From NCBI RefSeq assembly GCF_965641715.1, contig NZ_OZ282453.1: 64,000 nucleotides of DNA, one strand, 5' to 3'. The DNA comes from Escherichia coli. GTDB lineage: Bacteria > Pseudomonadota > Gammaproteobacteria > Enterobacterales > Enterobacteriaceae. Position numbers and translations under genes: made by a program. Positions 33,800-53,621 of the stretch are shown here, piece by piece. Under the pieces are notes generated by a model. It did not search any database. It saw only the letters and a list, made by a program, of their open reading frames with translations, and was not told where the DNA came from. The first letter of the stretch is position 1. Each line of letters starts with the position of its first letter.

Positions 33800-33985
33800 C
33801 TTAGATATCCTTATAAAAGACGATATTTCATTATCGGTAAATCGGCTTTGCGGGAAATCTCCGGTTACGGACGTAAAGATATAATCTTTTTTAAAACAAT
33901 GAATTAAAAAATTAATCTGCTTATTTAATTTTCTGGCACGACGGTTGCAATTATCAGGACATACCAACGAAAAGAGAAAAACAAA

Positions 33986-35212
33986 ATGAATTACGAATTA
34001 CTGACCACTGAAAATGCCCCGGTAAAAATGTGGACCAAAGGCGTGCCGGTAGAAGCCGATGCGCGTCAGCAACTTATTAATACGGCGAAGATGCCGTTTA
34101 TTTTCAAACATATTGCGGTAATGCCTGATGTACACTTGGGTAAAGGTTCCACCATTGGTAGCGTGATCCCGACCAAAGGGGCGATTATTCCGGCGGCGGT
34201 GGGCGTGGATATTGGCTGTGGAATGAACGCGCTGCGTACCGCGTTAACGGCGGCAGATCTGCCTGAAAACCTGGCGGAGCTGCGTCAGGCGATTGAAACT
34301 GCGGTGCCGCACGGGCGTACCACTGGCCGTTGTAAACGTGATAAAGGCGCATGGGAAAACCCGCCTGTTAACGTCGATGCGAAATGGGCTGAGCTGGAGG
34401 CCGGTTATCAGTGGTTAACGCAAAAATATCCGCGTTTCCTTAACACTAACAACTATAAACACCTGGGAACGCTGGGAACGGGTAACCACTTTATTGAAAT
34501 CTGCCTTGATGGGTCGGACCTGGTGTGGATTATGCTGCACTCCGGTTCACGCGGAATTGGTAACGCCATCGGGACTTACTTTATCGATCTGGCGCAAAAA
34601 GAGATGCAGGAAACGCTTGAAACATTGCCGTCGCGTGATCTGGCGTACTTTATGGAAGGTACGGAATACTTTGATGATTACCTGAAAGCCGTGGCCTGGG
34701 CGCAGCTTTTTGCCAGCCTTAACCGCGATGTGATGATGGAAAACGTAGTAACGGCGTTGCAGAGCATTACGCAGAAAACGGTCAGACAGCCACAAACGCT
34801 GGCGATGGAAGAGATCAACTGTCACCACAACTATGTGCAAAAAGAACAGCACTTTGGTGAAGAGATCTACGTGACGCGTAAAGGCGCGGTGTCTGCGCGT
34901 GCTGGTCAATATGGAATTATTCCAGGGTCGATGGGAGCGAAAAGCTTTATCGTCCGTGGGCTGGGAAATGAAGAGTCGTTCTGTTCATGCAGCCACGGTG
35001 CCGGGCGGGTAATGAGCCGTACTAAAGCGAAAAAACTGTTCAGCGTGGAAGATCAAATTCGTGCCACCGCGCATGTGGAATGCCGTAAAGATGCCGAAGT
35101 GATCGACGAAATCCCGATGGCGTATAAAGATATTGATGCGGTGATGGCGGCACAAAGCGATCTGGTGGAAGTTATCTATACCCTGCGTCAGGTGGTGTGC
35201 GTAAAAGGATAA
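33986..35212 (+). CDS. rtcB: RNA-splicing ligase RtcB
   Basis: 408-aa ORF (MNYELLTTENAPVKMWTKGVP...), intact. Confidence 0.95.
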   Translation: MNYELLTTENAPVKMWTKGVPVEADARQQLINTAKMPFIFKHIAVMPDVHLGKGSTIGSVIPTKGAIIPAAVGVDIGCGMNALRTALTAADLPENLAELRQAIETAVPHGRTTGRCKRDKGAWENPPVNVDAKWAELEAGYQWLTQKYPRFLNTNNYKHLGTLGTGNHFIEICLDGSDLVWIMLHSGSRGIGNAIGTYFIDLAQKEMQETLETLPSRDLAYFMEGTEYFDDYLKAVAWAQLFASLNRDVMMENVVTALQSITQKTVRQPQTLAMEEINCHHNYVQKEQHFGEEIYVTRKGAVSARAGQYGIIPGSMGAKSFIVRGLGNEESFCSCSHGAGRVMSRTKAKKLFSVEDQIRATAHVECRKDAEVIDEIPMAYKDIDAVMAAQSDLVEVIYTLRQVVCVKG

Positions 35213-37578
<2,366 letters not shown>

Positions 37579-37593
37579 TGATATAAAGATGTA

Positions 37594-37619
37594 AGCCGGA
37601 TCCAATGCATTATCCGGCT
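37594..37619. terminator. hairpin between convergent rtcA and malT (likely bidirectional terminator)
   Basis: AGCCGGAT (37594..37601) / ATCCGGCT (37612..37619), 10-nt loop; 5 nt past the malT stop. Confidence 0.45.
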
Positions 37620-37623
37620 AAAC

Positions 37624-40335
<2,712 letters not shown>

Positions 40336-40827
40336 TCACTTCACTGTGGAAAATGAGGAAATATTATTTTTTTTGCGCTTCGTAATTAATGGTTATAAGG
40401 TCGGCCAGAAACCTTTCTAATGCAAGCGATGACGTTTTTTTATGTGTCTGAATTTGCACTGTGTCACAATTCCAAATCTTTATTAACAACTCACCTAAAA
40501 CGACGCTGATCCAGCGTGAATACTGGTTTTCCTTATGTTCATCAGTTTCATTTAAGCAAGGGTTTGTGCTCCATTCCTGATGAAAGTGCTATCTAAAAAG
40601 ATGATCTTAATAAATCTATTAAGAATGAGATGGAGCACACTGGATATTTTACTTGTGAAACTGTTTCACTCCTTTACTTAATTTATAGAGTTACCTTCCG
40701 CTTTTTGAAAATACGCAACGGCCATTTTTTGCACTTAGATACAGATTTTCTGCGCTGTATGGCATTGATTTGCTGCTAATCCTGTGGTTTGCACTAGCTT
40801 TAAGTGGTCGAGATCACATTTCCTTGC

Positions 40828-40869
40828 TCATCCCCGCAACTCCTCCCTGCCTAATCCCCCGCAGGATGA
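40828..40869. promoter_or_regulatory. malPQ promoter region with MalT-box-like hexamers
   Basis: GGATGA at 40864..40869 and its reverse complement TCATCC at 40828..40833, upstream of malP (ATG 40941); matches the MalT box consensus GGA(T/G)GA as recalled. Confidence 0.4.
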
Positions 40870-40916
40870 GGAAGGTCAACATCGAGCCTGGCAAACTAGC
40901 GATAACGTTGTGTTGA

Positions 40917-43334
<2,418 letters not shown>

Positions 43335-43343
43335 GGAAGCTCG

Positions 43344-45428
43344 ATGGAAAGCAAACGTCTGGATAATGCCGCGCTGGCGGCGGGGATTAGCCCCAATTAC
43401 ATCAATGCCCACGGTAAACCGCAGTCGATTAGCGCCGAAACCAAACGGCGTTTGCTTGACGCGATGCATCAACGTACCGCCACGAAAGTGGCGGTAACGC
43501 CAGTCCCGAATGTCATGGTTTATACCAGCGGCAAAAAAATGCCGATGGTGGTGGAGGGCAGCGGCGAATATAGCTGGCTGCTGACCACCGAAGAAGGAAC
43601 GCAGTACAAAGGCCATGTAACGGGGGGCAAAGCGTTCAATCTACCGACGAAGCTGCCGGAAGGTTATCACACGCTGACGCTTACCCAGGAAGACCAGCGC
43701 GCGCATTGCAGGGTGATTGTCGCCCCGAAACGCTGTTACGAACCGCAGGCGTTGCTGAATAAACAAAAGCTGTGGGGTGCCTGCGTCCAGCTTTATACGC
43801 TGCGATCGGAAAAAAACTGGGGTATTGGGGATTTTGGCGATCTCAAAGCGATGCTGGTGGATGTGGCAAAACGTGGCGGGTCGTTCATTGGCCTGAACCC
43901 GATTCATGCGCTCTATCCGGCAAATCCGGAGAGCGCCAGCCCATACAGCCCGTCTTCTCGCCGCTGGCTGAATGTGATTTATATCGACGTTAACGCCGTC
44001 GAAGATTTCCATCTTAGCGAAGAGGCTCAGGCCTGGTGGCAGTTGCCGACCACGCAACAGACGCTGCAACAGGCGCGGGATGCCGACTGGGTCGATTACT
44101 CCACGGTTACCGCCCTAAAAATGACAGCATTACGAATGGCGTGGAAAGGTTTCGCGCAACGTGATGATGAGCAGATGGCCGCGTTTCGCCAGTTTGTTGC
44201 AGATCAAGGCGACAGCCTGTTCTGGCAGGCAGCCTTTGATGCGCTACATGCCCAGCAAGTGAAAGAGGACGAAATGCGCTGGGGCTGGCCTGCATGGCCA
44301 GAGATGTATAAGAACGTGGATTCACCAGAAGTGCGTCAGTTCTGCGAAGAACATCGCGATGACGTTGATTTTTATCTCTGGTTGCAGTGGCTGGCTTACA
44401 GCCAGTTTGCCGCCTGCTGGGAGATAAGCCAGGGCTATGAAATGCCGATTGGCTTGTATCGTGATCTGGCGGTTGGCGTAGCGGAAGGTGGGGCGGAAAC
44501 CTGGTGCGACCGTGAACTGTATTGCCTGAAAGCGTCGGTTGGCGCGCCGCCGGATATCCTCGGCCCGTTGGGGCAGAACTGGGGATTGCCGCCAATGGAC
44601 CCGCATATCATCACCGCGCGTGCCTATGAACCGTTTATCGAGCTGTTGCGTGCCAATATGCAAAACTGCGGCGCATTACGAATTGACCATGTGATGTCGA
44701 TGCTGCGTTTGTGGTGGATACCGTATGGCGAGACGGCAGATCAGGGCGCGTATGTTCACTATCCGGTGGATGATCTGCTCTCGATTCTGGCACTCGAAAG
44801 TAAACGTCATCGCTGTATGGTGATTGGTGAAGATCTCGGTACCGTACCGGTAGAGATTGTCGGTAAGCTGCGCAGCAGCGGTGTGTACTCCTACAAAGTG
44901 CTCTATTTCGAAAACGACCACGAGAAGACGTTCCGTGCACCGAAAGCGTACCCGGAGCAGTCGATGGCGGTTGCGGCGACACACGACCTGCCAACGCTGC
45001 GTGGTTACTGGGAGAGCGGGGATCTAACTCTGGGCAAAACCCTGGGGCTGTATCCGGATGAAGTGGTACTGCGCGGTCTGTATCAGGATCGCGAACTGGC
45101 GAAGCAAGGGCTGCTGGATGCACTGCATAAATATGGTTGTCTGCCAAAACGTGCCGGGCATAAGGCATCGTTGATGTCGATGACGCCGACGCTGAACCGT
45201 GGTTTGCAGCGCTACATTGCCGACAGTAACAGTGCTCTGTTAGGACTACAGCCGGAAGACTGGCTGGATATGGCCGAACCGGTGAATATTCCTGGCACCA
45301 GTTACCAGTATAAAAACTGGCGACGCAAGCTTTCCGCAACGCTTGAGACGATGTTTGCCGATGATGGCGTGAACAAGTTGCTGAAGGATTTGGACAGACG
45401 GCGCAGAGCTGCAGCGAAGAAGAAGTAG
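43344..45428 (+). CDS. malQ: 4-alpha-glucanotransferase (amylomaltase)
   Basis: 694-aa ORF directly downstream of malP. Confidence 0.95.
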   Translation: MESKRLDNAALAAGISPNYINAHGKPQSISAETKRRLLDAMHQRTATKVAVTPVPNVMVYTSGKKMPMVVEGSGEYSWLLTTEEGTQYKGHVTGGKAFNLPTKLPEGYHTLTLTQEDQRAHCRVIVAPKRCYEPQALLNKQKLWGACVQLYTLRSEKNWGIGDFGDLKAMLVDVAKRGGSFIGLNPIHALYPANPESASPYSPSSRRWLNVIYIDVNAVEDFHLSEEAQAWWQLPTTQQTLQQARDADWVDYSTVTALKMTALRMAWKGFAQRDDEQMAAFRQFVADQGDSLFWQAAFDALHAQQVKEDEMRWGWPAWPEMYKNVDSPEVRQFCEEHRDDVDFYLWLQWLAYSQFAACWEISQGYEMPIGLYRDLAVGVAEGGAETWCDRELYCLKASVGAPPDILGPLGQNWGLPPMDPHIITARAYEPFIELLRANMQNCGALRIDHVMSMLRLWWIPYGETADQGAYVHYPVDDLLSILALESKRHRCMVIGEDLGTVPVEIVGKLRSSGVYSYKVLYFENDHEKTFRAPKAYPEQSMAVAATHDLPTLRGYWESGDLTLGKTLGLYPDEVVLRGLYQDRELAKQGLLDALHKYGCLPKRAGHKASLMSMTPTLNRGLQRYIADSNSALLGLQPEDWLDMAEPVNIPGTSYQYKNWRRKLSATLETMFADDGVNKLLKDLDRRRRAAAKKK

Positions 45429-45440
45429 AGTGCGGTTGAT

Positions 45441-45461
45441 GCCGGATGCGATGCATCCGGC
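45441..45461. terminator. hairpin between convergent malQ and gntT
   Basis: GCCGGATGC (45441..45449) / GCATCCGGC (45453..45461), loop GAT. Confidence 0.45.
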
Positions 45462-45472
45462 AGTCAGTGTTA

Positions 45473-46789
45473 TCAAATCACCATATTCAGCAGCAGACAG
45501 CCTACCAGACCGCACACCGAGATAATGGTTTCCAGCATCGACCAGGATTTGATGGTCTCGCCGATAGTCAGGTTAAAGTACTCTTTGAACAGCCAGAAGC
45601 CCGGATCGTTCACATGAGAGAAAATCACACTACCGGAACCAACCGCAATAACCATCAGCTCCGGGCTAACACCCGTCGTTGCAATCAGCGGTGCCGCGAT
45701 ACCACCCGCAGTGATTGCCGCAACGGTTGCGGAACCCAGCGCGATACGCAGTACGGCAGCAATCGACCAGGCCATCAGCAGCGGAGAAATGTTGGTTTCG
45801 TGCATCATGGAAGCAATGTATTTGTCCACGACGCTGTCTACCAGCACCTGCTTGAACGCACCGCCACCACCGATGATCAACAGCATCATCGCAATGATTT
45901 TGATGGAAGAAACCAGCGTGTCGTTAATCTGATCCATTGAACGACCACGGTTTAGACCAAAGGTGAACATCGCAATCAGCACGGCAATCAGCGTAGCCAT
46001 TACCGGGTCACCGAGGAACTCCGCTACCGGCAGGAAAGCGTGACCTTTCGGCAGGATCATTTCGGCAATCGCACGCATCGCCATCAGTACTACCGGCACC
46101 AGAGAGGTCCAGACGCTGACGCCAAAGCTCGGCATCTCTTCTTCGCTGAAGGTTTTCGCGCTGTAGAGACCTTCCGGAATTGGCTTATCGATACCTTTCA
46201 ACACGCGAGCGTAAACCGGACCGGCGAGAATCACGGTCGGGATTGCCAGAATAGTACCGTACAGCAGGGTTTTACCCATATCGGCATTGAAAATGGTGGC
46301 AATCGCAGTCGGACCCGGATGCGGTGGCAGGAAGCCGTGGGTCACAGACAGTGCAGCCGCCATTGGTACACCAACATACAGCAGTGGAATATTCGCAGAA
46401 GCCGCGATGGTAAACACCAGCGGCAGCATCAGCACAAAGCCCACTTCATAGAACAGGGCAAAACCAACGGTAAAACCGGTCAGTACCACCGCCCACTGGA
46501 TGTGTTTTTTACCAAATTTGGCAATCAGCGTGGTGGCGATACGTTGTGCGCCACCGCAGTCTGCCAGCATTTTGCCCAGCATTGCGCCAAAACCCATGAT
46601 CAGGGCAAGGCTACCGAGCGTCCCGCCGACACCGGCTTTGATGGAGCCAATAACTTTATCCAGCGGCATTCCTTGCATTAATCCAACAGCAAGCGCCACG
46701 AGGACGAGAGCGATGAAGCCGTTCATTTTGAAGCGGATCATCAGGAGCAACAACAAGATTACACCGATAGCAACAATGACTAATGGCAT
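45473..46789 (-). CDS. gntT: high-affinity gluconate:H+ symporter (GntP family)
   Basis: 438-aa polytopic ORF; paralogue of gntU. Confidence 0.95.
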   Translation of the reverse strand: MPLVIVAIGVILLLLLMIRFKMNGFIALVLVALAVGLMQGMPLDKVIGSIKAGVGGTLGSLALIMGFGAMLGKMLADCGGAQRIATTLIAKFGKKHIQWAVVLTGFTVGFALFYEVGFVLMLPLVFTIAASANIPLLYVGVPMAAALSVTHGFLPPHPGPTAIATIFNADMGKTLLYGTILAIPTVILAGPVYARVLKGIDKPIPEGLYSAKTFSEEEMPSFGVSVWTSLVPVVLMAMRAIAEMILPKGHAFLPVAEFLGDPVMATLIAVLIAMFTFGLNRGRSMDQINDTLVSSIKIIAMMLLIIGGGGAFKQVLVDSVVDKYIASMMHETNISPLLMAWSIAAVLRIALGSATVAAITAGGIAAPLIATTGVSPELMVIAVGSGSVIFSHVNDPGFWLFKEYFNLTIGETIKSWSMLETIISVCGLVGCLLLNMVI

Positions 46790-46930
46790 GATTTACCTGG
46801 CCTTTCATTTGTTATGGGTAACGTCAATTTTCTGACGACAAACTCTAATTATCCCAATCGGGAACAGAGATATTGCGGCACCACGACTGATACCCACTAA
46901 AACTAATTATTGTAGTCAGATGTCAGGAGT

Positions 46931-46965
46931 ATGTTTGGTACCCATGTGAATGATACGGGTAACAT
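46931..46965. promoter_or_regulatory. GntR operator-like palindromes in the gntT promoter region
   Basis: Minus strand reads ATGTTACCCGTATCATTCACATGGGTACCAAACAT; the ATGTTACCCGTA half-sites match the gntK operator at 8683..8711. Confidence 0.55.
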
Positions 46966-47093
46966 CTGGCGTTTGAGAATCACCAGAGCGGGGTAAATTT
47001 AAATTATGAGAGGTTGGTCATATTATCGCGGGGAAACGAAGGGAGGGATTTGCCAAAGCAATGCTGCGCCAACGTCTGGCACATGTTCAACGT

Positions 47094-47149
<56 letters not shown>

Positions 47150-47725
47150 TTAGTAGTAGGAGTGTTCGCCGCGCTGGTGTTCGGTGAGATCGCGCACACC
47201 TTTCAGCTCCGGGAATTCGTTTAGCAGCTGCTTCTCGATCCCTTCTTTCAGCGTCACATCGACCATGGAACAACCGTTACAGCCGCCGCCAAATTGCAGA
47301 ATGGCGTAACCGTCTTCGGTGATTTCCATCAGCGAAACGCGACCACCGTGACCAGCAAGTTGCGGGTTGATCTGCGACTGCAGCATATACTCCACACGCT
47401 CCATCAGCGGTGCATCGTCTGCCACTTTACGCATTTTGGCGTTCGGGGCTTTCAGCGTTAACTGGGAACCCAACTGGTCGGTAACAAAATCGATCTCTGC
47501 ATCTTCCAGGTATGGTGCGCTTAACTCATCAACATACGCGGTCAGCAGGTCAAATTTCAGGGCGGTGTCGGTGGCTTCCACGGCATCCGGCGGACAATAA
47601 GAAACACCACATTCAGCGTTAGGCGTGCCAGGGTTAATCACAAATACGCGGATTTGTGTCCCTTCTTCCTGATTTGCCAGCAGTTTGGCAAAGTGCGCTT
47701 GTGCAGCATCGGAAATACGGATCAT
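47150..47725 (-). CDS. nfuA: Fe-S cluster carrier protein NfuA
   Basis: 191-aa ORF; C-terminal Nfu CxxC motif (GGGCNGCSM). Confidence 0.95.
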
Positions 47726-47783
47726 AGTAATGGCCTAATAGTTGACTATTTTAGTTGGTTATAATACGCCCATCATCGAGGCT

Positions 47784-49275
<1,492 letters not shown>

Positions 49276-49301
49276 GCACTTTTGAATGGCGAGACAGAAC
49301 T

Positions 49302-50180
49302 TTACTGGCTCGCCGCAGCCAATTCTTCCTCTGACAGCCCGGTAAAGCGCATGATGTCTGCAAGAGGGACTCCGGATTCAAGCATTATTTTGGCTATATG
49401 CAGGGCTTTGGATTGTTCCCCCTCCTGCCGCAATCTTTCCGCAATAGTCATTAAACTCTCCTTGTGTATCGGTGATCGTTCGGCAACGCCGTCGATAAAA
49501 TCGTTAAAACGTACCGCATCGCCGGTTTGCAGTATGTAATTAAACAGCCCTTTGATTTGTCTGTCATTAGCGTATCCACTACTTAATAAGCAGGCCATTT
49601 GCTCTACCAGCCCCATCAGGTCGCGTTGACGAATATGTTTTTGAATTAACTCCAGCAGCGCCATACGTCGGTGCTGCATGATTTCATCATCAGGCATGAC
49701 GGTGACATCAATCAGCGGAAATGCAGAGGCATAAAGCTGCCTTGCCAGGTTGGGATCGGCGAAACGATCCAGCCAACACAGCGAATAGGGATAGGGGCTT
49801 TCAATACCGTGATAAAACAACAATGGCACCACCATCGGCAACGTTTTGTATCCGGCATCAAGGTGATTTTGCATTGCGGCAATGGCGTAACGCATCATGC
49901 GGAATGCGATCAGTTTGTTTGAGGTGCTTTGATGTTCAATCAGACAATAGATGTATCCTGGTCCTTGTTCTGTTTTCACCGACCACAGCACATCGGAATA
50001 GCTTTCACGCAGATCGTCATCAATAAAGCTGCTCGACTCCAGCTTGAGGGTTTTCATATCACAGAGCGCGTGAATGGGTGCCGGTAAATGAAACGCAAGA
50101 AAATCGCGTGCCGTGTCCGGTTGGCGTAAAAAGAGTTTGAACAGCGCATCGTGTGGGGTGGAACTCTGCTTTTTGCTCAT
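49302..50180 (-). CDS. rpnA: Rpn-family recombination-promoting nuclease (PD-(D/E)XK, transposase_31-like)
   Basis: 292-aa ORF ([27 protein letters not shown]...); position of yhgA/rpnA between bioH and feoC. Confidence 0.85.
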   Translation of the reverse strand: MSKKQSSTPHDALFKLFLRQPDTARDFLAFHLPAPIHALCDMKTLKLESSSFIDDDLRESYSDVLWSVKTEQGPGYIYCLIEHQSTSNKLIAFRMMRYAIAAMQNHLDAGYKTLPMVVPLLFYHGIESPYPYSLCWLDRFADPNLARQLYASAFPLIDVTVMPDDEIMQHRRMALLELIQKHIRQRDLMGLVEQMACLLSSGYANDRQIKGLFNYILQTGDAVRFNDFIDGVAERSPIHKESLMTIAERLRQEGEQSKALHIAKIMLESGVPLADIMRFTGLSEEELAAASQ

Positions 50181-50329
50181 GGCGTTCCTTCACCTGTTGT
50201 TTGAATGCCGCGACTCTACGCGCCACTCCACACCTGTGCATTAGCCAGTTTTCATCCCTGCGAGACGCTTTCAGAGGAACTTACGTCGCGCTGCAAGAAT
50301 TGCATTTTTATGGAAAGCCGCACGCAAAA

Positions 50330-50362
50330 AAGCCCGGATGCAAACGCATACCGGGCTTTTCA
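50330..50362. terminator. bidirectional Rho-independent terminator downstream of feoC
   Basis: AAGCCCGG (50330..50337) / CCGGGCTT (50351..50358) flanked by an A6 run upstream and TTTTC downstream. Confidence 0.7.
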
Positions 50363-50382
50363 AAACAGGCGATGGAGTATGG

Positions 50383-50619
50383 TTAACGCAGCGCCCACCA
50401 CTCGCGCAGACAGGCTTTTCCTTCCGGACAGCTTTTACAACTGCCGGAGAGGCAGCCGTCAGGTTCTTCCTGAATCCGCACGGCTTTGCCCATGCTTTCC
50501 AGCTGTTGCAGCATGGCGTTAATCATTGGCTGCGGAGTGTTCAATGTCTGGCTTATCTGGGCCGCTTCCATACGGCCCCGTAACGCCAGCAAATCACGTA
50601 CCTGAATAAGTGAAGCCAT
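50383..50619 (-). CDS. feoC: ferrous iron transport regulator FeoC (winged helix, Cys-rich)
   Basis: Frame of ORF 50383..50628; start [15 protein letters not shown] at 50619 overlapping the feoB stop (TAATG); 78 aa. Confidence 0.85.
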   Translation of the reverse strand: MASLIQVRDLLALRGRMEAAQISQTLNTPQPMINAMLQQLESMGKAVRIQEEPDGCLSGSCKSCPEGKACLREWWALR

Positions 50620-52940
50620 TAATGGCAATCACCGGTGGTGCTGGCTGCGCAGCAACTACTTACCGACTTGCGGGTTGCCAGCAGTTCGATATCCACCCGG
50701 CTACGCGCGCGGCGCAGCAGACCGATAACCACGATGTTAAACAGGATAACCGCCAGAATGCACACCAGGCTGTAAGTTGGGTGCTGACTGTAGCTGGCGA
50801 TCTGATAGAACAATGTTGCCAGTGAGTAAGCGATATTCAGCCCCCACAGGATGGAGAAGCCCATCCAGCCACGGCTTGATTCACGGGCGATGGCTCCCAT
50901 CACCGAGATGCACGGTACATACAGCAGGACGAAAATCAGGTAGCTGTATGCGGCAGCTGCGCTACCGAATTTCTGATCCATCACGCCCATCGCCCCGGTA
51001 CCCATTTCGCCGTCGCCTTTGCTAGCTTCAATGGGGTTCATCAGTACGCTAAGGCTGAAGGTGTCCTTCAGGCTCTGCCAGGTTTCATCTACCGCGCTGA
51101 ACAACTCTTCACCGAGGTTAAATTCCGCCGGATTGAACTCTTCGTCCTGAATATTTTCTGCGGTGTAGAGGGTGTTGAGCGTACCCACCACCACTTCTTT
51201 CGCCATTGCACCCGTAAACAGGCCAACTGTTGCCTGCCAGTTATCTTCATGCACGCCAATCGGCTTGAAGACCGGGGTGATCACCCGGCTGACGGAAGCC
51301 AGCGCCGAGTCGTTGATGTTATCGACGATTTTCCCGCTCAACGAGAAGCTGTTGAAAGCGCTCAGGAAAATGCTGACGATGATAATCACTTTACCAGCAC
51401 GCAGAACGAAGCCTTTCAGACGCTGCCAGGTCTGGATAATCAGGCTTTTAACGTGTGGTACATGGTAGACCGGCAGCTCCATGACAAACGGCGTCGCTTC
51501 ACCGCGCATGATGGTGTACTTGAGCATCAGGCCAGTCAGCACCGCCATCACGATACCGAGCATATACAGCGAGAAGACCGCCAGCGCACCGTTCTGCCCG
51601 AAGAAGGCAGCCGCGAATACTGCGAAGATAGCCAGACGCGCGCCGCAGGACATAAACGGTGCCATCATGATGGTCATCAGACGTTCACGCGGTGCATCAA
51701 GTGTACGTGCACCCATTACCGACGGTACGTTACAACCGAAACCGACGATCAGCGGCACAAAGGATTTCCCCGGCAAGCCCAGCGCCTGCATCAGGCGGTC
51801 CATCACAAACGCTGCACGCGCCATATAGCCGGAGTCCTCAAGGAAGGAGAGGAACAGGTACATCATGCCGATCTGCGGCACCAGTGGCAGCACGGTGTTA
51901 ATACCGCCACCCAAGCCCTGGGCGAGGAAGATAGTCAGCCAGTCCGGGAAGTGGAGCGTGTAGCCAATCCATTGAATACCATGCACAAATAGCGCCACGG
52001 AGCCGACGTCAAACAGCGGCTGTAACGCCCCGCCGATGTTGATAGCCAGCAGGAACATCAGGTACATCACAAAGAGGAAAATCGGCAGACCGAGGAAACG
52101 GTTGAGCACGATTTTATCTACCGCAGTGGTGAAACGGCTGGGTTCTGCCGTCAGGGTGTTGCTTACCACATCACAGATGGCAGCAATGCACTGGTAACGC
52201 GCATCGGCAATGTGCAGCGCCGGATCGTCCATCTCATTACGCAGACGGGCGAGGGCGGCATCAAGATGCTGCGACGCTTCACCGGCGTAGGCGCGGCTGT
52301 AGATATCGCCTTCCAGCATTTGCAGGCCCAGCCAGCGACGTTGTTTCAGCGGGATGTCGGAAGGCATCACTTTTGCCAGTGAATCTGCTTCGTTGAGCAG
52401 CGGCTGTGCGTAATGCACCAGTTCCACATTCTCGTTAGCTTTATAGCGATCAATCGCCAGCTTGAGCGCTTCAATACCGCGACCACGGGTTGAAACCAGC
52501 GGGATCACCGGGCAGCCAAGACGCGCCGACAGAGCATCAATTTCAATACGAATATTTTGCTTCTCGGCAATGTCGAGCATGTTCAGTGCCACGATGCAGG
52601 GAATGCCGAGTTCCAGCAGTTGTAGCGTCAGGTACAGGTTACGCTCAAGGTTAGACGCATCCACCACGTTAATCAGTAGGTCGGCGTCGCCACTCAAAAT
52701 GTAGTGACAGGCGATTTGCTCATCGAGCGAGGTCTGCGATGAGATGGTGGTCAGAGAATAGGTGCCGGGCAGGTCCACCAGCGTGACCTGATGATCGGTG
52801 GTGGAGAATTGCCCTTCTTTACGTTCGACGGTAACGCCAGCCCAGTTACCTACACGCTGACGTGCGCCAGTGAGCTGGTTAAATAAGGTTGTCTTGCCAG
52901 AATTTGGATTACCAATTAAGCCAATGGTTAATTTTTTCAT
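50619..52940 (-). CDS. feoB: ferrous iron transporter FeoB (N-terminal GTPase plus membrane permease)
   Basis: Frame of ORF 50619..52952; start [25 protein letters not shown] (G1 motif) at 52940; 773 aa. Confidence 0.95.
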   Translation of the reverse strand: MKKLTIGLIGNPNSGKTTLFNQLTGARQRVGNWAGVTVERKEGQFSTTDHQVTLVDLPGTYSLTTISSQTSLDEQIACHYILSGDADLLINVVDASNLERNLYLTLQLLELGIPCIVALNMLDIAEKQNIRIEIDALSARLGCPVIPLVSTRGRGIEALKLAIDRYKANENVELVHYAQPLLNEADSLAKVMPSDIPLKQRRWLGLQMLEGDIYSRAYAGEASQHLDAALARLRNEMDDPALHIADARYQCIAAICDVVSNTLTAEPSRFTTAVDKIVLNRFLGLPIFLFVMYLMFLLAINIGGALQPLFDVGSVALFVHGIQWIGYTLHFPDWLTIFLAQGLGGGINTVLPLVPQIGMMYLFLSFLEDSGYMARAAFVMDRLMQALGLPGKSFVPLIVGFGCNVPSVMGARTLDAPRERLMTIMMAPFMSCGARLAIFAVFAAAFFGQNGALAVFSLYMLGIVMAVLTGLMLKYTIMRGEATPFVMELPVYHVPHVKSLIIQTWQRLKGFVLRAGKVIIIVSIFLSAFNSFSLSGKIVDNINDSALASVSRVITPVFKPIGVHEDNWQATVGLFTGAMAKEVVVGTLNTLYTAENIQDEEFNPAEFNLGEELFSAVDETWQSLKDTFSLSVLMNPIEASKGDGEMGTGAMGVMDQKFGSAAAAYSYLIFVLLYVPCISVMGAIARESSRGWMGFSILWGLNIAYSLATLFYQIASYSQHPTYSLVCILAVILFNIVVIGLLRRARSRVDIELLATRKSVSSCCAASTTGDCH

Positions 52941-52956
52941 TGTTGTTATCACCGTA

Positions 52957-53184
52957 TTAACAGGAAACCGCTTCCACTTCTAATAAGGCCAGATCTTTTT
53001 TGCGTAATACCAGGCTCACACGACGGGTTTCGATATGAATGGGGTCGCCGAGTGGAGCGACGCGCACCACATTAAAAGAGGAGCCAGGTAACATGCCTAG
53101 AGAAAGCAGTTTTTGGCGATATGCCGGGCTGATTTCACGGGAAAAGCCAGTGATTTTCCACGCAGTATCTGGAGTGTATTGCAT
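52957..53184 (-). CDS. feoA: ferrous iron transport protein FeoA
   Basis: 75-aa ORF directly upstream of feoB. Confidence 0.9.
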   Translation of the reverse strand: MQYTPDTAWKITGFSREISPAYRQKLLSLGMLPGSSFNVVRVAPLGDPIHIETRRVSLVLRKKDLALLEVEAVSC

Positions 53185-53521
53185 AGGTGCCTACTTGTTT
53201 CTCATTAACTGGATAACTACCTCATGGGGCGTTTGACAGCGACATGAGACCAGATGATTTGCCAACGAAGGAGAGATTAAATAATCAACAGTACAATGAT
53301 AATGAGAATGGTTTCTATCAGCAATACTTAAAATGTGTGCGAATGTTGGTTTGAATAATAATCTGACTCAATGTTGATGTGGCTCAAGGTTATATCGCAG
53401 CGAAAATATAATTCGAATAGCGAATTACCAGGACTGGCTAATGTTTAATTAAGGTTTCAGTTGTTAATGAGGTGATAAATATTAACGAAATATATTGTGA
53501 GTTTGGCTGTGGAATAAATAT

Positions 53522-53593
53522 GCCGGAGATATTCTCCGGCACTTTTATGTCAGGCAAGGCGTTCGTTGCCAGATGCGGCGTGAACGCCTTATC
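53522..53593. repeat. hairpin (probable tex terminator) plus REP-like element between tex and the feoA promoter
   Basis: Palindrome GCCGGAGA-TAT-TCTCCGGC at 53522..53540 with flanking A/T runs; REP-like GCCAGATGCGGCGTGAACGCCTTATC at 53568..53593 matching the REP at 28407..28440. Confidence 0.55.
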
Positions 53594-53621
53594 GCGCAGG
53601 TTTAGGGGCCAGTCCGGGCGT

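Noticed and set aside
44635-45456. 273-aa ORF antisense to malQ
   Set aside because: Ser/Pro/Arg-rich low-complexity translation typical of the antisense of a GC-rich gene; no support.
53281-53340. Fur box in the feoA upstream region (AATGATAATGAGAATGG-like sequence near 53294..53315)
   Set aside because: Only a partial match to the GATAATGATAATCATTATC consensus by eye; plausible from feo biology but too weak to annotate without a motif scan.
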